Notes: generated from the sequence alone by a model not told the origin. Positions 16,858 through 36,513 are shown, counted from the stretch's first letter. The stretch is 64,000 nucleotides of DNA from Eledone cirrhosa (GCA_964016885.1 OZ024741.1:47926001-47990000), one strand, 5' to 3'. Numbers and translations are program-made.

Positions 16858-16882
16858 CATATGTATATATATATGTATATAC

Positions 16883-16920
<38 letters not shown>

Positions 16921-16944
16921 ATATGTATATATATATGTATATAC

Positions 16945-16996
<52 letters not shown>

Positions 16997-17004
16997 GTAT
17001 ATAC

Positions 17005-17107
<103 letters not shown>

Positions 17108-17108
17108 T

Positions 17109-17302
17109 AACGAAGGAAATGTGGTAAGGAACCAGGTGGACCATAATGCACCAAAGTACTCAATACTTGAGGTAGTAGAGTGGGTAATAGGAACCAGTAA
17201 GACCCCGACAGCTGAGCTCAAGCCGTTTCGACGGCTAATTCAGTCCAGAATTAGCCGTCGAAACGGCTTGAGCTCAGCTGTCGGGGTCTTACTGGTTCCT
17301 AT
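17109..17302 (-). mobile_element. Fold-back mini-element (half-hammerhead, PLE-derived)
   Basis: Perfect 55-bp arms (17187-17241 / 17248-17302) around a 6-nt loop. Each arm carries GAAA-CGGCT-tgagctc-AGCTG-TC-GGGGTC. Tail contains GTATTGAGTAC. Confidence 0.7.
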
Positions 17303-17339
17303 ATACATATATATATATATATACATTATATACATATAT

Positions 17340-17406
<67 letters not shown>

Positions 17407-17480
17407 TATAAATATATACATATATATATATATATATATACATATATATAAATATATACATATATATATATATATATATA

Positions 17481-17543
<63 letters not shown>

Positions 17544-17570
17544 CATATATATATATACATATATACATAT

Positions 17571-17605
<35 letters not shown>

Positions 17606-17650
17606 CATATATACATATATACATATATATATATATATGTACATATATAC

Positions 17651-17682
<32 letters not shown>

Positions 17683-17710
17683 GTACATATATACATATAT
17701 ATATATACAT

Positions 17711-17745
<35 letters not shown>

Positions 17746-17750
17746 CATAT

Positions 17751-17853
<103 letters not shown>

Positions 17854-17880
17854 CATATATATATACATATATACATATAT

Positions 17881-17913
<33 letters not shown>

Positions 17914-18011
17914 TATATACATATATATATATATATGTACATATATACATATATACATATATACATATATATATATATATATGTACATATACATATGTAC
18001 ATATATACATA

Positions 18012-18065
<54 letters not shown>

Positions 18066-18124
18066 TACATATATACATATATATATATACATATATACAT
18101 ATATATATATATATACATATATAC

Positions 18125-18183
<59 letters not shown>

Positions 18184-18187
18184 AATA

Positions 18188-18219
<32 letters not shown>

Positions 18220-18220
18220 C

Positions 18221-18251
<31 letters not shown>

Positions 18252-18252
18252 C

Positions 18253-18309
<57 letters not shown>

Positions 18310-18326
18310 CATATATATATATATAC

Positions 18327-18377
<51 letters not shown>

Positions 18378-18420
18378 CATATATATATATACATATATAT
18401 ATATATACATATATATATAC

Positions 18421-18453
<33 letters not shown>

Positions 18454-18454
18454 C

Positions 18455-18485
<31 letters not shown>

Positions 18486-18524
18486 AATACATATATATAT
18501 ATACATATATATATATATAAATAC

Positions 18525-18736
<212 letters not shown>

Positions 18737-18988
18737 TGTTATACTTTGGGAGGGTCATGTTGCCAATAAGAAACACACGCACTAGTTGCTTTCACTTCAA
18801 TTTATTATAATAAATGTATAATAAATATATAAATTTATAAATTTCTGGTTGGTTGGTTGGTTCCACAACCAGATAGTTGTTTATATATTGTCATAGTTCT
18901 TTCGTCACACACTCTGTCACCTCTTCAGTGACTGGGGATTCCTTTCTTTGTTTCTGTGCCTCTCCTTTGTTCTGTCCTACGCCATACA
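18737..18988 (-). mobile_element. Probable solo LTR
   Basis: ~250 bp island in the TA array with TGT...ACA termini and AATAAA on the minus strand. No internal coding sequence. Confidence 0.5.
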
Positions 18989-19009
18989 TATATATATACA
19001 TATATATAT

Positions 19010-19171
19010 ATCATCATCATCATCATCAGGTTTAGCGTCCGTGTTCCACGCTTGCATGGGTTTGGACGGGGGTTTTCCCACTTGAGGCAAGAGTGGTTGT
19101 CTTGCTCGCATAGGACTGTCTGGCGGGTTTTCTACAGTTGGATGCCCTTCCTAACACCAACCACATTTACA

Positions 19172-19175
<4 letters not shown>
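19010..19175 (-). mobile_element. RTE 3' tip
   Basis: Reverse complement of the RTE 3' UTR end, starting with (ATC)n. Confidence 0.88.
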
Positions 19176-19210
<35 letters not shown>

Positions 19211-19289
19211 CATATATACATATATATACATATATATACATATACATATATATACATATATATACATATACATATATATACATATATTT

Positions 19290-22200
19290 TTTGTTATTTA
19301 TTTATGTTAAATACGGTTGTTTTTGTCGTATTGAACAGAACAAATCTGTATTTTTTGTTATTGTTTGTTAAATACGAGGTTTATGTCGTATTATACAAAA
19401 CAAATCTTGTATTTTTGTTATCGCTTGTTAAATACGAGGACCTTATTCAAACCTTACCTTCTCGTTAACAACTCAACACCCCTCCCTCCCGCCCCCACGC
19501 ACCACCATTATTATTACGTGGACCAATCATAAGCCAGAGGCCTATACTATTGCTTACCTGGTTGCCTTTCGATATGATGGATGGATGGACTACGGAATTC
19601 TGGAGAGTGGAAGAGAGAAAAATCTGGACGCTCAGCGACAATGACAAAGATAAAGACAAATTCACCTCGTGGACAAGAATGCGAGCACTCCTCTTTGTTT
19701 CGGCCGCGGATGGCTAACATAACCCCATCTCCCCCCGCTCACCACCGCTCCCACCCTCCAAACGCAATCCAAAATTTCAGAGTTGGTACCATGAATGTAG
19801 GCACCTTAAAGGGTCGCTCTAACGAGGTTGTAGAAATGCTCGAACGTAAGGAGGTCGATGTTTGTTGTATTCAAGAGACCAGGTGGAGGGGTGGGTCTGC
19901 TAGATTCATTGAGGGTAAAAAACGATGCTATAAGCTTTTCTGGGTGGGAAATGACGATGGGCAGGGTGGAGTAGGAATCATGGTAGCAGAAAAGTGGGCA
20001 GATAAGATAATAGACGTAAATAGAGTGAACGACAGAATAATTAAAATAAGACTTGTCCTCAATAGAACTACGGTGACAGTAATATCTGCGTACACACCCC
20101 AATCCGGACTGCCCGGCACTATAAAAGACAGATTCTATGAGACACTGATGCTCACTACCTCCCAAATAACCGACAGTGACTATATAATTATTGCAGGCGA
20201 CCTAAATGGTCACGTTGGACAACATTGTGACGGCTATGACGAAATCCATGGAGGCTATGGGTTTGGTACTAGAAATGAGGAAGGCTCCAGAATCCTGGAA
20301 TTCTGTGACGCAAATAACCTAACTATCTGTAACACTAACTTCAAAAAACGTGACAATCACCTGATCACTTATAGATCGGGGGAACACACAAGCCAGGTAG
20401 ATTATATCCTTACCAGAAGACGTGACAGAGTGTCTGTTGTAAACACTAAATCCCTCCCCCATGAAGAATGCACCTCCTAACATAGACTGATAATTAGCGA
20501 TCTAATAGTCAGGACGAGACGCACTAGACAACAGAAGAGTACTATCCTCAGGAGAAAAATATGGAAGCTAAAGGACCCCACAGCCAGAAATAAATTTCAA
20601 AGCATACTACTTGATGCTTTCGACAGTAAGGAAGAGCAATTAGAGTCGTACAATATAGAGGAGCAGTGGGAATTCCTGAAAGCAAACCTGCTGATGGCGG
20701 CAGACGAAGTCTGTGGGTGGAGCAGGCCTGTAGGCAGGAGGAGAGTAACATGGTGGTGGAACAGTAAGGTGGAGGAGTCAATTAAGGCCAAAAAGCAGGC
20801 TTGGAAAGTATGGCGGGATGGGGGAAGTAGAGAAGACTATCAAGTGGCCAGGCGGGAAGCTAGGAGACAAGTGTACTTCGCAAGAAGGGAAGCAGAGGAA
20901 AGAAAGTTCAAGCATGTTCTACAACGCGAGGACCAAAAACGTGAGGTGTTCAGGATTGCTAGGCAATGTGTCAAGGAAAAGCGTGATATTGTCGGGGAGA
21001 AGTGTGTACTTAATGATGACGGCGTACTTGCCATCACCGACGCTGATAAGAAGGTAGCTTGGAAGTGTCACTATGAAAGGCTACTAAATGAGGAGAATAA
21101 ATGGGAGAAAGACAGTCTCCCCCACATCGACCCAATAGAGGGACCAGCAGTGTTAGTCGAGGGTAGTATAATAAGTAAGGCAATCAAGGATCTGAAGACG
21201 GGTAAGGCGGCTGGGCCTTCGGAAATAGTTGCCGAGATGCTGAAGGCATCTGGTACGGTGGGACACACCATGGTCACCCGGATAGTCAACCAAGTCATAC
21301 AGAATGGGTTTGTTCCGAAGGACTGGCATAGCAGCATCATCGTTAACTGTTATAAGGGTAAAGGAGATGCCCTAGATAGGAGTAACTATAGAGGCATTAA
21401 ATTAATCGACCAGGAAATGAAGGTCACGGAAAAAGTAATAGCGCAACTAATCGGAGAGCGAATTGATCTAGATGAAATGCAGTTCGGGTTTGTGTCAGGA
21501 AAAAGTACCACAGACGCTCTTTTCATTGTACGACAACTACAGGAGAAGTACCTAGCTAAAAGTAAACCCCTATACTTAGCTTTTGTTGACTTGGCGAAAG
21601 CCTTTGACAGAGTCCCCCACTCCATTATCTGGTGGGCTCTTAGAAAACTAGGTGTTGATGAATGGCTTGTGAGAGCTATACAAGCCATGTATAAAGAAAC
21701 AGTCAGCAAGGTTAGAATTAACAACGAATATAGTGAAGAGTTTAGTGTAAAAGTTGGTGTTCATCAGGGCTCTGTTCTTAGCCCCCTACTATTTATTATT
21801 GCCCTCCAGGCTATAACAGTGGCGTTCAAGACCGGCTGCCCATGGGAACTCCTATACGCAGATGATCTAACGCTCATAGCTGAGTCAATGGCCGAGCTAG
21901 AGAAGAAATTCCAAACATGGAAGCACGGCCTAGAATCAAAAGGCCTTAAAATTAACCTGGCTAAGACTAAAGTTCTAGTTTGTAAGAAAGAAAATAAGGC
22001 GGCGGTCCCCTCCGGGAAGTGGCCATGCTCGGTGTGTAGGAAAGGCGTAGGTAGAAACTCCATTTTGTGTCCGAAATGCAAAGTATGGGTGCATAAAAGA
22101 TGTAGTGGGATCACAGGTAAGCTAACTAAGAACATCGATTTTACATGTGGCCGGTGTTCTGGGGCAATAAGTAGCAGCAAGTGCCCCAAAAATACTAGCT

Positions 22201-23200
22201 CTTTCAACTGCACAGAGGGTTCTATAGAAATACTGGACAGCTTCCGTTACCTGGGTGACAAAATCAGCAGTGGGGGAGGATGCTCTGAAAGTACAGTAGC
22301 TAGAGTCAGAACTGGGTGGAAAAAGTTCAGAGAGCTTATACCTCTACTAGCCGCTAAAGGGTTCTCCCTAAAAATGAAAGGCAGGCTGTATGATGCCTGC
22401 ATACGAACAGCAATGTTGCATGGCAGTGAGACCTGGGCATTGTGTGCAGAGGATATACGCAAACTAGAGAGAAACAAAGCTTGCATGCTCCGCTGGATGT
22501 GTAATAGTAATATACGTGAACGGCAAAGCATAAACGAACTAAGGAAAAAATTAGAAATAAGAGGGATCAGATGTTGTTTACTCGAGAGAAGGCTACGTTG
22601 GTATGGTCACGTGATGCGCATGAAGGACGATAGCTGTATAACAAATTGCAGGGCAATAAAGATAGACGGTAGCCACGGAATAGGCAGACCCAGAAAAACC
22701 TGGGACGAGCTGATAAATTCCGACCTCACACACTTACACCTCTCCAAGACAATGTCACTGGACCAAGATCTCTGGCGGTACTCAGTAATAGAGAAGACCC
22801 GCCTTACCTAAATACAAAGTAAAACCTACTACAGTCAGTAGGCACCTCTAACAAAATACACCCCCGTCCCACTACCCCCACCCCCACCCCATCCACACCA
22901 CCTCTTTCAATGTAAAGTTATGTTGGTGCCACAACATCCAGGCCGAAACAAATGAGATCGTGTAGGTGTCACGTCAAAAAAACTCACAGTTCACGCTGTA
23001 ATGTGGCTGTGTAGGCAACACGGTAAAAATCTCCCAGCCCCACACTGTAAATGTGGTTGGTGTTAGGAAGGGCATCCAGCTGTAGAAAACCCGCCAGATA
23101 GTCCTATGCGAGCAAGATAATCACTCTTGCCTCAAGTGGGAAACCCCCGTCCAAACCCATGCAAGCGTGGAACACGGACGTTAAACGTTGATGATGATGA

Positions 23201-23203
<3 letters not shown>
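19290..23203 (+). mobile_element. Full-length RTE LINE, subfamily A copy 2 (one premature stop)
   Basis: Near-identical to copy 1 at an offset of 9401 bp. Shares the TAA stop (20478-20480). Downstream 705-aa RT/PHD frame is open. Confidence 0.95.
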
Positions 23204-23293
<90 letters not shown>

Positions 23294-23370
23294 TACATAT
23301 ATATATACATACATATATATATATATACACATATATACATATACATATATATATATATACACATATATAC

Positions 23371-23451
<81 letters not shown>

Positions 23452-23474
23452 CATATATATACATATATATATAC

Positions 23475-23509
<35 letters not shown>

Positions 23510-23514
23510 CACAC

Positions 23515-23562
<48 letters not shown>

Positions 23563-23579
23563 ATATATATATACATATA

Positions 23580-24222
23580 TTGTTTAGGTGTATGATATTG
23601 TCAATACTCTGATATGCCCAGTTCCTTGTTGGGTTGTTAATTCAAAGGTACTGAACAATAGCAGGCATAAACACTACAGGGAGCCTCACCCCAGAAAGAA
23701 TTCTATAGACTTCTGACTGAGGAATGCTCTCAGAACTGAACAATGGGAAGTTTGACACATTTTTTGATATTTTGTTCCTTCAACACCTTGTCCCTTCTAC
23801 CATTTTATCAATTTTTAAGCTAACTCCAACAATGACAACACTAATAACTGACCAATGAGAGGAGAAGGGGACCTGTGACACTAAAATTCGTTTGTTTGAA
23901 TTCATATGACTCCAGTTCCCCAGTGAATTAACAACCCAACAAGGAACTGGGCATATCAGAGTATTGACAATATCATACACCTAAACAACATATGTACTTG
24001 TCTATACCATACTAATTCAAACTGCCTGAAGAGGTCACAGCCAAAGATGGCTGTCACTGAAATATATATAGCAGTAATAAACGAAGCTAAATTTTAATCA
24101 TTTGACTTTTATTTAACTTTATTTTACACTACTCCGGAGTAACCAAACCAACCTGCGCACTTCGTCGAGTGCTCCAGCCTGCATACTGAGGTGTTGGTAT
24201 ACAACCAACATAAACTCAAAAT
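23580..24222 (+). mobile_element. Duplicate of Penelope-like remnant 14157-14800
   Basis: Near-identical sequence. Confidence 0.72.
24021..24075 (+). ncRNA. Hammerhead ribozyme (family H3)
   Basis: Same motif as 14598-14652. Confidence 0.82.
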
Positions 24223-24516
24223 CTATATATACATATATATATATATACACACATATATATATATATATACATATATATACATATATACATATATATACAT
24301 ATATACATATATACATATATACATATATATATATACATATATACATATATACATATATACATATATATATATATACATATATATATACATATATACATAT
24401 ATACATATATACATATATATACATATATACATATATATACATATATACATATATACATATATATACATATATACACATATATATACACATATATATATAC
24501 ATATATACATATATAC

Positions 24517-24578
<62 letters not shown>

Positions 24579-24579
24579 T

Positions 24580-24629
<50 letters not shown>

Positions 24630-24661
24630 CATATATATATACATATATATATATATATACA

Positions 24662-25721
24662 TACACCTCTTTAAAATATACCCATCTACCTTACTTTAAA
24701 GGGCATTATAAACTCTATAATACTTGTTTACTCATTACCCTCATTCTATCTTCACCTTGTAAAATCATAACATTTACATTTGTTGTTTTGACGTTAGAAT
24801 ATTCATCCGCAATCATTATTATTTTTTCTCTCTATCATAAATCTTTTTAATCTCAATTTCATCCTTAATTTATTATTTTTTTCTCCCCATCAACGAACTC
24901 ATTATTAATACATATTAACTCTTTATTCGCATATATTATCAATTCCTTCAATATACAAACTTTAACTTCACATTATTTTTCTCAAATCCTTCTACACACA
25001 AACCTTAATAATTTTTCTCTTCGTTAATTTTGAAATTGCCACAATACATACATTTTTTTTTTTGACGTTAGAATATTCATCCACAATTATTATTTTTTTC
25101 TCTCTATCTTCATACATAAATTCCCTTCGTTAATTTTCAAATTCCTTTAATTTATACATTATCTTCCAACGGTTCCCAACCTCTCTATGTTAAAACAATA
25201 TATCTTTTTCTCAGTTATAAAAACTATCTCTTTCTCTCTATCACCCATCTCTCCCACTCCACCTTCACTCTCATCTCCTCCCCCTTTTTTTCATCCCCCC
25301 CTCCCTAAATAAAATATTTTTTCCTCGCACATATCCTCCCTTCGTTAATTTTCAAAATTTTTAATTTATACATTATCTTCCAACGGTTTTCAACCTCTCT
25401 ATGTAAAACAATATATCTCCTCTCAGTTATAAAAACTATCTCTTTCTCTCTATCACCCATCTCTCCCTCTCATCTCCTTCCCTTTTCATCCCCCCCCTCT
25501 CTCTAAAATAAAATATTTTTCCCAATATCACACATCAATCTAAAACCACTTTTCATATGTTGATTTAAAACTGCACTATCCACAAGTGTTTTTTAGCTTT
25601 CATATCATGTTCTCCTGTTTTATCTGATGAAAACACAAATATTATTGCATGATGATGTTTGTTTTTGAAATGCGCATAATAAAATACATGGAACTCCTTT
25701 AACCATCTTTTGATCTTATAT

Positions 25722-25725
<4 letters not shown>
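24662..25725 (+). mobile_element. Duplicate of remnant 15275-16335
   Basis: Near-identical sequence. Confidence 0.6.
25618..25684 (+). ncRNA. Hammerhead ribozyme (family H1)
   Basis: Same motif as 163-229. Confidence 0.78.
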
Positions 25726-25770
<45 letters not shown>

Positions 25771-25792
25771 ATATATATATAAACATATATAC

Positions 25793-25839
<47 letters not shown>

Positions 25840-25899
25840 CATATATGTATGTATATATATATATATGTATATATTATATTATGTATATATATATATATG

Positions 25900-25968
<69 letters not shown>

Positions 25969-26037
25969 CATATGTATATATATAATATGTATATATATAT
26001 TATATACATATATATATATATATATATATACATATAA

Positions 26038-26079
<42 letters not shown>

Positions 26080-26080
26080 C

Positions 26081-26146
<66 letters not shown>

Positions 26147-26147
26147 T

Positions 26148-26338
26148 AACGAAGGAAATGTGGTAAGGAACCAGGTGGACCATAATGCACCAAAGTACTC
26201 AATACTTGAGGTAGTAGAGTGGGTAATAGGAACCAGTAAGACCCCGACAGCTGAGCTCAAGCCGTTTCGACGGCTAATTCAGTCCAGAATTAGCCGTCGA
26301 AACGGCTTGAGCTCAGCTGTCGGGGTCTTACTGGTTCC

Positions 26339-26341
<3 letters not shown>
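26148..26341 (-). mobile_element. Duplicate of fold-back mini-element 17109-17302
   Basis: Same palindrome and tail. Confidence 0.7.
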
Positions 26342-26406
<65 letters not shown>

Positions 26407-26446
26407 CATTATATATATATATATACATACATACATATATATATAT

Positions 26447-26499
<53 letters not shown>

Positions 26500-26500
26500 T

Positions 26501-26605
<105 letters not shown>

Positions 26606-26728
26606 TACATATATACATATATGTACATATATACATATATATATATATACATATATACATATATGTACATATATACATATATATATATATACATATATAT
26701 ATATATGTACATATATATATATATATAT

Positions 26729-26783
<55 letters not shown>

Positions 26784-26859
26784 ATATATATATACATATA
26801 TATATACATATATACATATATATATATATACATATATACATATATATATACATATATAC

Positions 26860-26892
<33 letters not shown>

Positions 26893-27047
26893 CATATATA
26901 CATATATATATATACATATATACATATATATATATATACATATATACATATATATATATTATATACATATATATATGTATATATATACATATATATATAT
27001 ACATATATATATAATATACATATATATATACATCTATATATATATAC

Positions 27048-27102
<55 letters not shown>

Positions 27103-27127
27103 CATATATATATACATATATATATAC

Positions 27128-27174
<47 letters not shown>

Positions 27175-27229
27175 AATACATATATATATATACATATATA
27201 TTTATATATATATATATACATATATATAC

Positions 27230-27276
<47 letters not shown>

Positions 27277-27278
27277 CC

Positions 27279-27331
<53 letters not shown>

Positions 27332-27349
27332 CATATATAATATATATAC

Positions 27350-27416
<67 letters not shown>

Positions 27417-27417
27417 C

Positions 27418-27465
<48 letters not shown>

Positions 27466-27717
27466 TGTTATACTTTGGGAGGGTCATGTTGCCAATAAGA
27501 AACACACGCACTAGTTGCTTTCACTTCAATTTATTATAATAAATTTATAATAAATATATAAATTTATAAATTTCTGGTTGTTTGGTGGTTCCACAACCAG
27601 ATAGTTGTTTATATATTGTCATAGTTCTTTTGTCACACACTCTTGTGACCTCTTCAGTGACTGGGGATTCCTTTCTTTGTTTCTGTACCTCTCCTTTGTT
27701 CTGTCCTACGCCATACA
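27466..27717 (-). mobile_element. Duplicate probable solo LTR
   Basis: Copy of 18737-18988. Confidence 0.5.
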
Positions 27718-27739
27718 TATATATATACATATATATATA

Positions 27740-27903
27740 TCATCATCATCTCATCAGGTTTAGCGTCCGTGTTCCACGCTTGCATGGGTTTGGACGGGGG
27801 TTTTCCCACTTGAGGCAAGAGTGGTTGTCTTGCTCGCATAGGACTGTCTGGCGGGTTTTCTACAGTTGGATGCCCTTCCTAACACCAACCACATTTACAG
27901 TGT
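27740..27903 (-). mobile_element. RTE 3' tip (duplicate of 19010-19175)
   Basis: Sequence match. Confidence 0.85.
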
Positions 27904-27994
27904 AATATATATATATACATATATACATATATATACATATATATACATATACATAATATAACATATATATACATATACATATATATATACATAT

Positions 27995-30773
27995 ATTTTT
28001 TGTTATTTATTTATGTTAAATACGGTTGTATTTTTTGTTATTTATTTATGTTAAATACGGTTGTTTTTGTCATATTGAACAGAACAAAATCTTGCATTTT
28101 TGCTTTTTGTTAATCGCTTAAACATTCATAACCTTCCAGCTATCCACGCGACACCCCTCCCACCCGCCCCCACACACACCATCCCATCCGCCCCCACACA
28201 CCACCATCCCTTAATACGTGGGACCAATCATAAGCCAGAGCCCCCCCCCCCCGCGCATCACCATTATTATTATTACGCGGACCAATCATAAGCCAGAGGC
28301 CCTATACTATCGCTTGCCCGGTTGCCTTCGATATATGATGATGGATGGATGGACTACGGAACCCTGGAGAGTGGAAAAGAGAGAAAAATCTGGACGCTCA
28401 GCGACAATGCCAAAGATAAAGACAAATTCACCTCGTGGACGAGAATGCGAGCACTCCTCTTTGTTTCGTCCGCGGATGAAAAATATGGAAGCTAAAGACC
28501 CCACAGCCAGAAATAATTTTCAAAGCATATTACTTGATGCTTTCGACAGTAAGGAAGAACATTTAGAGTCGGACAATATAGAGGGACAGTGGAATTTCTG
28601 AAAGCAAACCTGCTGTTGGCGACAGACGAAGTCTGTGGCTGGAGCAGGCCTGTAGGCAGGAGGAGAGTAACGTGGTGGTGGAACAGTAAGGTGGAGGAGT
28701 CAATTAAGGCCAAAAGCAGGCTTGGAAAGTATGGCGGGATGGGGGAAGTAGAGAAGACTATCAAGTGGCCAGGCGGGAAGCTAGGAGACAAGTGTACTTA
28801 GCAAGAAGGGAAGCAGAGGAAAGAAAGTTCAAGCATGTTCTACAACGCGATGACCAAAAACGTGAGGTGTTCAGGATTGCTAGGCAATGCCGTCAAGGAA
28901 AACGTGATATTGTCGGGGAGAAGTGTGTACTTAACGATGATGGCATACTTGCCATCACCGACGCTGATAGAAGGTAGCTTGGGAGTGTCACTATGAAAGG
29001 CTACTAAATGAGGAGAATAAATGGGAGAAAGGACAGTCTCCCCCATATCGACCCAATAGAGGGACCAGCAGTGTTAGTCGAGGGGAGTATAACAAGTAAG
29101 GCAATCAAGGATATGAAGACGGTAAGGCGGCTGGGCCTTCGGAAATAGTTGCTGAGATGCTGAAGGCATCTGGCACGGTGGGACACACCATGGTCACCCG
29201 CATAGTTAACCAAGTCGTACAGAATGGGGTTGTTCCGAAGGACTGGCATAGCAGCATCATCGTTAACTGTTTTATAAGGGTAAAGGAGACGCCCTAGATA
29301 GAGTAACTATAGAGGCATTAAATTATCGACCAGGTCATGAAGGTCACGGAAAAAGTAATAGCGCAACTAATCAGAGAGAGAATTGACCTAGATGAATGCA
29401 GTTCGGGTTTGTGTCAGGCAAAAGTACCACAGACGCTCTTTTCATAGTACGACAACTACAGGAGAAGTACCTAGCTAAAGGTAAACCCCTCTACTTAGCT
29501 TTTGTCGACTTGGAGAAAGCCTTCGACAGAGTCCCCCGCTCCATTATCTGGTGGGCTCTTAGAAAACTAGGCGTTGACGAATGGCTTGTGAGGGCTATAC
29601 AAGCCATGTATAAAGAAACAGTCAGCAAGGTTAGAATTAACAACGAATATAGTGAAGAGTTTTAGCGTAAAAGTTGGTGTCCATCAGGGCTCTGTTCTCA
29701 GCCCCCTACTATTTATTATTGCCCTTCTGGCTATAACAGAGGAGTTCAAGACCGGCTGCCCATGGAACTCCTATACGCAGACGACCTGACACTCATAGCG
29801 GAATCAATGGCCGAGCTAGAGAAGAAATTCCAAACATGGAAGCACGGCCTACAGTTAAAAGGACTTAAAATTACCTGGCTAAGACTAAAGTTCTAGTTTG
29901 TAGGAAAGAAAACAAGCGGCGTCCCTTCTGGGAAATGGTCGTGCTCGGTGTGTAGGAAAGGCGTAGGTAGAAACTCCATTTTATGTCCTAAATGCAAAGT
30001 ATGGGTGCATAAAAGATGTAGTGGGATCACAGGTAATCTAACTAAGAACATAGATTTTACATGTGGCCGGTGCTCTGGTGCAATAAGTAGCAGCAAGTGC
30101 CCACAAAATACTAGCTCTTTCAATTGCGCAGAGGGTTCTATAGAAATAGTGGACAGCTTCCGTTACCTGGGCGATAAAATCAGCAGTGGGGGAGGGTGCT
30201 CTGAAAGTACAGTAGCTAGAGTCAGAACTGGTTGGAAAAAGTTCAGAGAGCTTATACCACTAGTAGCTGCTAAAGGTTCTCCCTAAAAATGAAAGGCAGT
30301 TTGTACGATGCTGCATACGAACAGCAATGTTGCATGGCAGTGAGACCTGGGCATTGTGTGCAGAGGATATACGCAGACTAGAGAGAAACGAAGCTTGCAT
30401 GCTCCGCTGGATGTGTAACAGTAATATACGTGAACGGCAAAGCATAAACGAACTAGGAAAAAATTAGAAATAAGAGGGATCAGATGTTGTTTACTCGAGA
30501 GAAGGCTACGTTGGTATGGACACGTGATGCGCATGAAAGTCGATAGCTGTATAACAAAGTGCAGGGCAATAAAGATAGACGGTAGCCACGGAATAGGCAG
30601 ACCTAGAAAAACCTGGGACGAGCTGATAAACTCCGACCTCACACACTTACACCTCACCAAGACAATGTCACTGGACCGAGACCTTTGGCGGTACTCAGTA
30701 ACAGAGAAGACCCGCCTTACCTAAATACATAGTAGAAACCTACTACAGCCAGTAGGCATCTCTAACAAAATAC
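27995..30773 (+). mobile_element. RTE LINE copy 3: endonuclease deleted, many frameshifts, 3' UTR truncated
   Basis: Junction ccgcggatg|aaaaatatgg at ~28478 removes the APE domain. RT and PHD motifs are split across frames. Confidence 0.92.
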
Positions 30774-31789
<1,016 letters not shown>

Positions 31790-32605
31790 CATCATCATCA
31801 TCATCATCAGGTTTAGCGTCCGTGTTCCACGCTTGCATGGGTTTGGACGGGAGTTTTCCCACTTGAGGCAAGAGTGGTTGTCTTGCTCGCATAGGACTGT
31901 CTGGCGGGTTTTCTACAGTTGGATGCCCTTCCTAACACCAACCACATTTACAGTGTGGGGCTGGGAGGTTTTTACCGTGTTGCCTACACGGCCACATTAC
32001 AGCGTGGACTGTCTGGCGGGTTTTCTACAGCTGGATGCCCTTCCTAACACCAACCACATTTACAGTGTGGGGCTGGGAGGTTTTTACCGTGTTGCCTACA
32101 CGGCCACATTTACAGCGTGGACTGTGTGTTTTTGTTGTGACACCTACACAATCTCATTTGTTTCGGCCTGGATGTTGTGGGACCAACATAACTTTACATT
32201 GAAAGGGGCGGTGTGGGTGGGGTGGAGGTGGTGGGACGGGGGTGTGTTTTGATAGAGATGACTACTGACTGTAGTAGGTTTTTACTTTGTATTTAGGTAA
32301 GGCGGGTCTTCTCTATTACTGAGTACCGCCAAAGGTCTCGGTCCAGTGACATTGTCTTGGAGAGGTGTAAGCGTGTGAGGTCGGAATTTATCAGCTCGTC
32401 CCATGTTTTTCTGGGTCTGCCTACTCCGTGGCTACCGTCTATCTTTATTGCCCTGCACTTTGTTATACAGCTGTCGTCTTTCATGCGCATCACGTGACCA
32501 TACCAACGTAGCCTTCTCTCGAGTAAACAACATCTGATCCCTCTTATTTCTAATTTTTTCCTTAGTTCGTTTATGCTTTGCCGTTCACGTATATTACTAT
32601 TGCAC
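31790..32605 (-). mobile_element. RTE 3' fragment with ~112-bp internal duplication in the 3' UTR
   Basis: Encodes ...[11 protein letters not shown]...KTRLT. The ggactgtctgg block occurs at 31894 and 32006. Confidence 0.9.
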
Positions 32606-32791
32606 ATATATATATACATATATATATACATATATATATATATACATATATACATACACATATATATATATGTACATATATATATACATACATATATATA
32701 TACATATATATATATACACTTATATATATATATACATATATATATACATATATATATATATACATATATATATACATATATATATATTTAC

Positions 32792-32845
<54 letters not shown>

Positions 32846-32847
32846 AC

Positions 32848-32926
<79 letters not shown>

Positions 32927-32971
32927 CATATATATATACATATATATATATATACACATATATATATATAC

Positions 32972-33018
<47 letters not shown>

Positions 33019-33057
33019 CATATATATATACATATATATATATATATACATATATAC

Positions 33058-33182
<125 letters not shown>

Positions 33183-33193
33183 CATATATATAC

Positions 33194-33256
<63 letters not shown>

Positions 33257-33275
33257 TATACATATATATATATAC

Positions 33276-33308
<33 letters not shown>

Positions 33309-33309
33309 C

Positions 33310-33352
<43 letters not shown>

Positions 33353-33369
33353 TATACATATATATATAC

Positions 33370-33422
<53 letters not shown>

Positions 33423-33423
33423 C

Positions 33424-33456
<33 letters not shown>

Positions 33457-33467
33457 CATATATATAC

Positions 33468-33516
<49 letters not shown>

Positions 33517-33640
33517 TATACATATACATATATATATATATATATATACATATATATACATATACATATATATATATATATATACATATATATACATATA
33601 CATATATATATATATACATATATATATATACATATATATT

Positions 33641-33717
<77 letters not shown>

Positions 33718-33722
33718 ACATA

Positions 33723-35780
<2,058 letters not shown>

Positions 35781-35785
35781 TATAC

Positions 35786-36022
<237 letters not shown>

Positions 36023-36078
36023 CCTATATATATACCTATATATATATATATACCTATATATATATATATATATATATA

Positions 36079-36135
<57 letters not shown>

Positions 36136-36307
36136 ATATATATATATATACCTATATATATATATATACCTATATATATATATACCTATATATATATATA
36201 CCTATACATATATATATATATATACCTATATATATATATACCTATACATATATATATATACCTATACATATATATATATATATACAAATATATATATATA
36301 CCTATAC

Positions 36308-36513
<206 letters not shown>

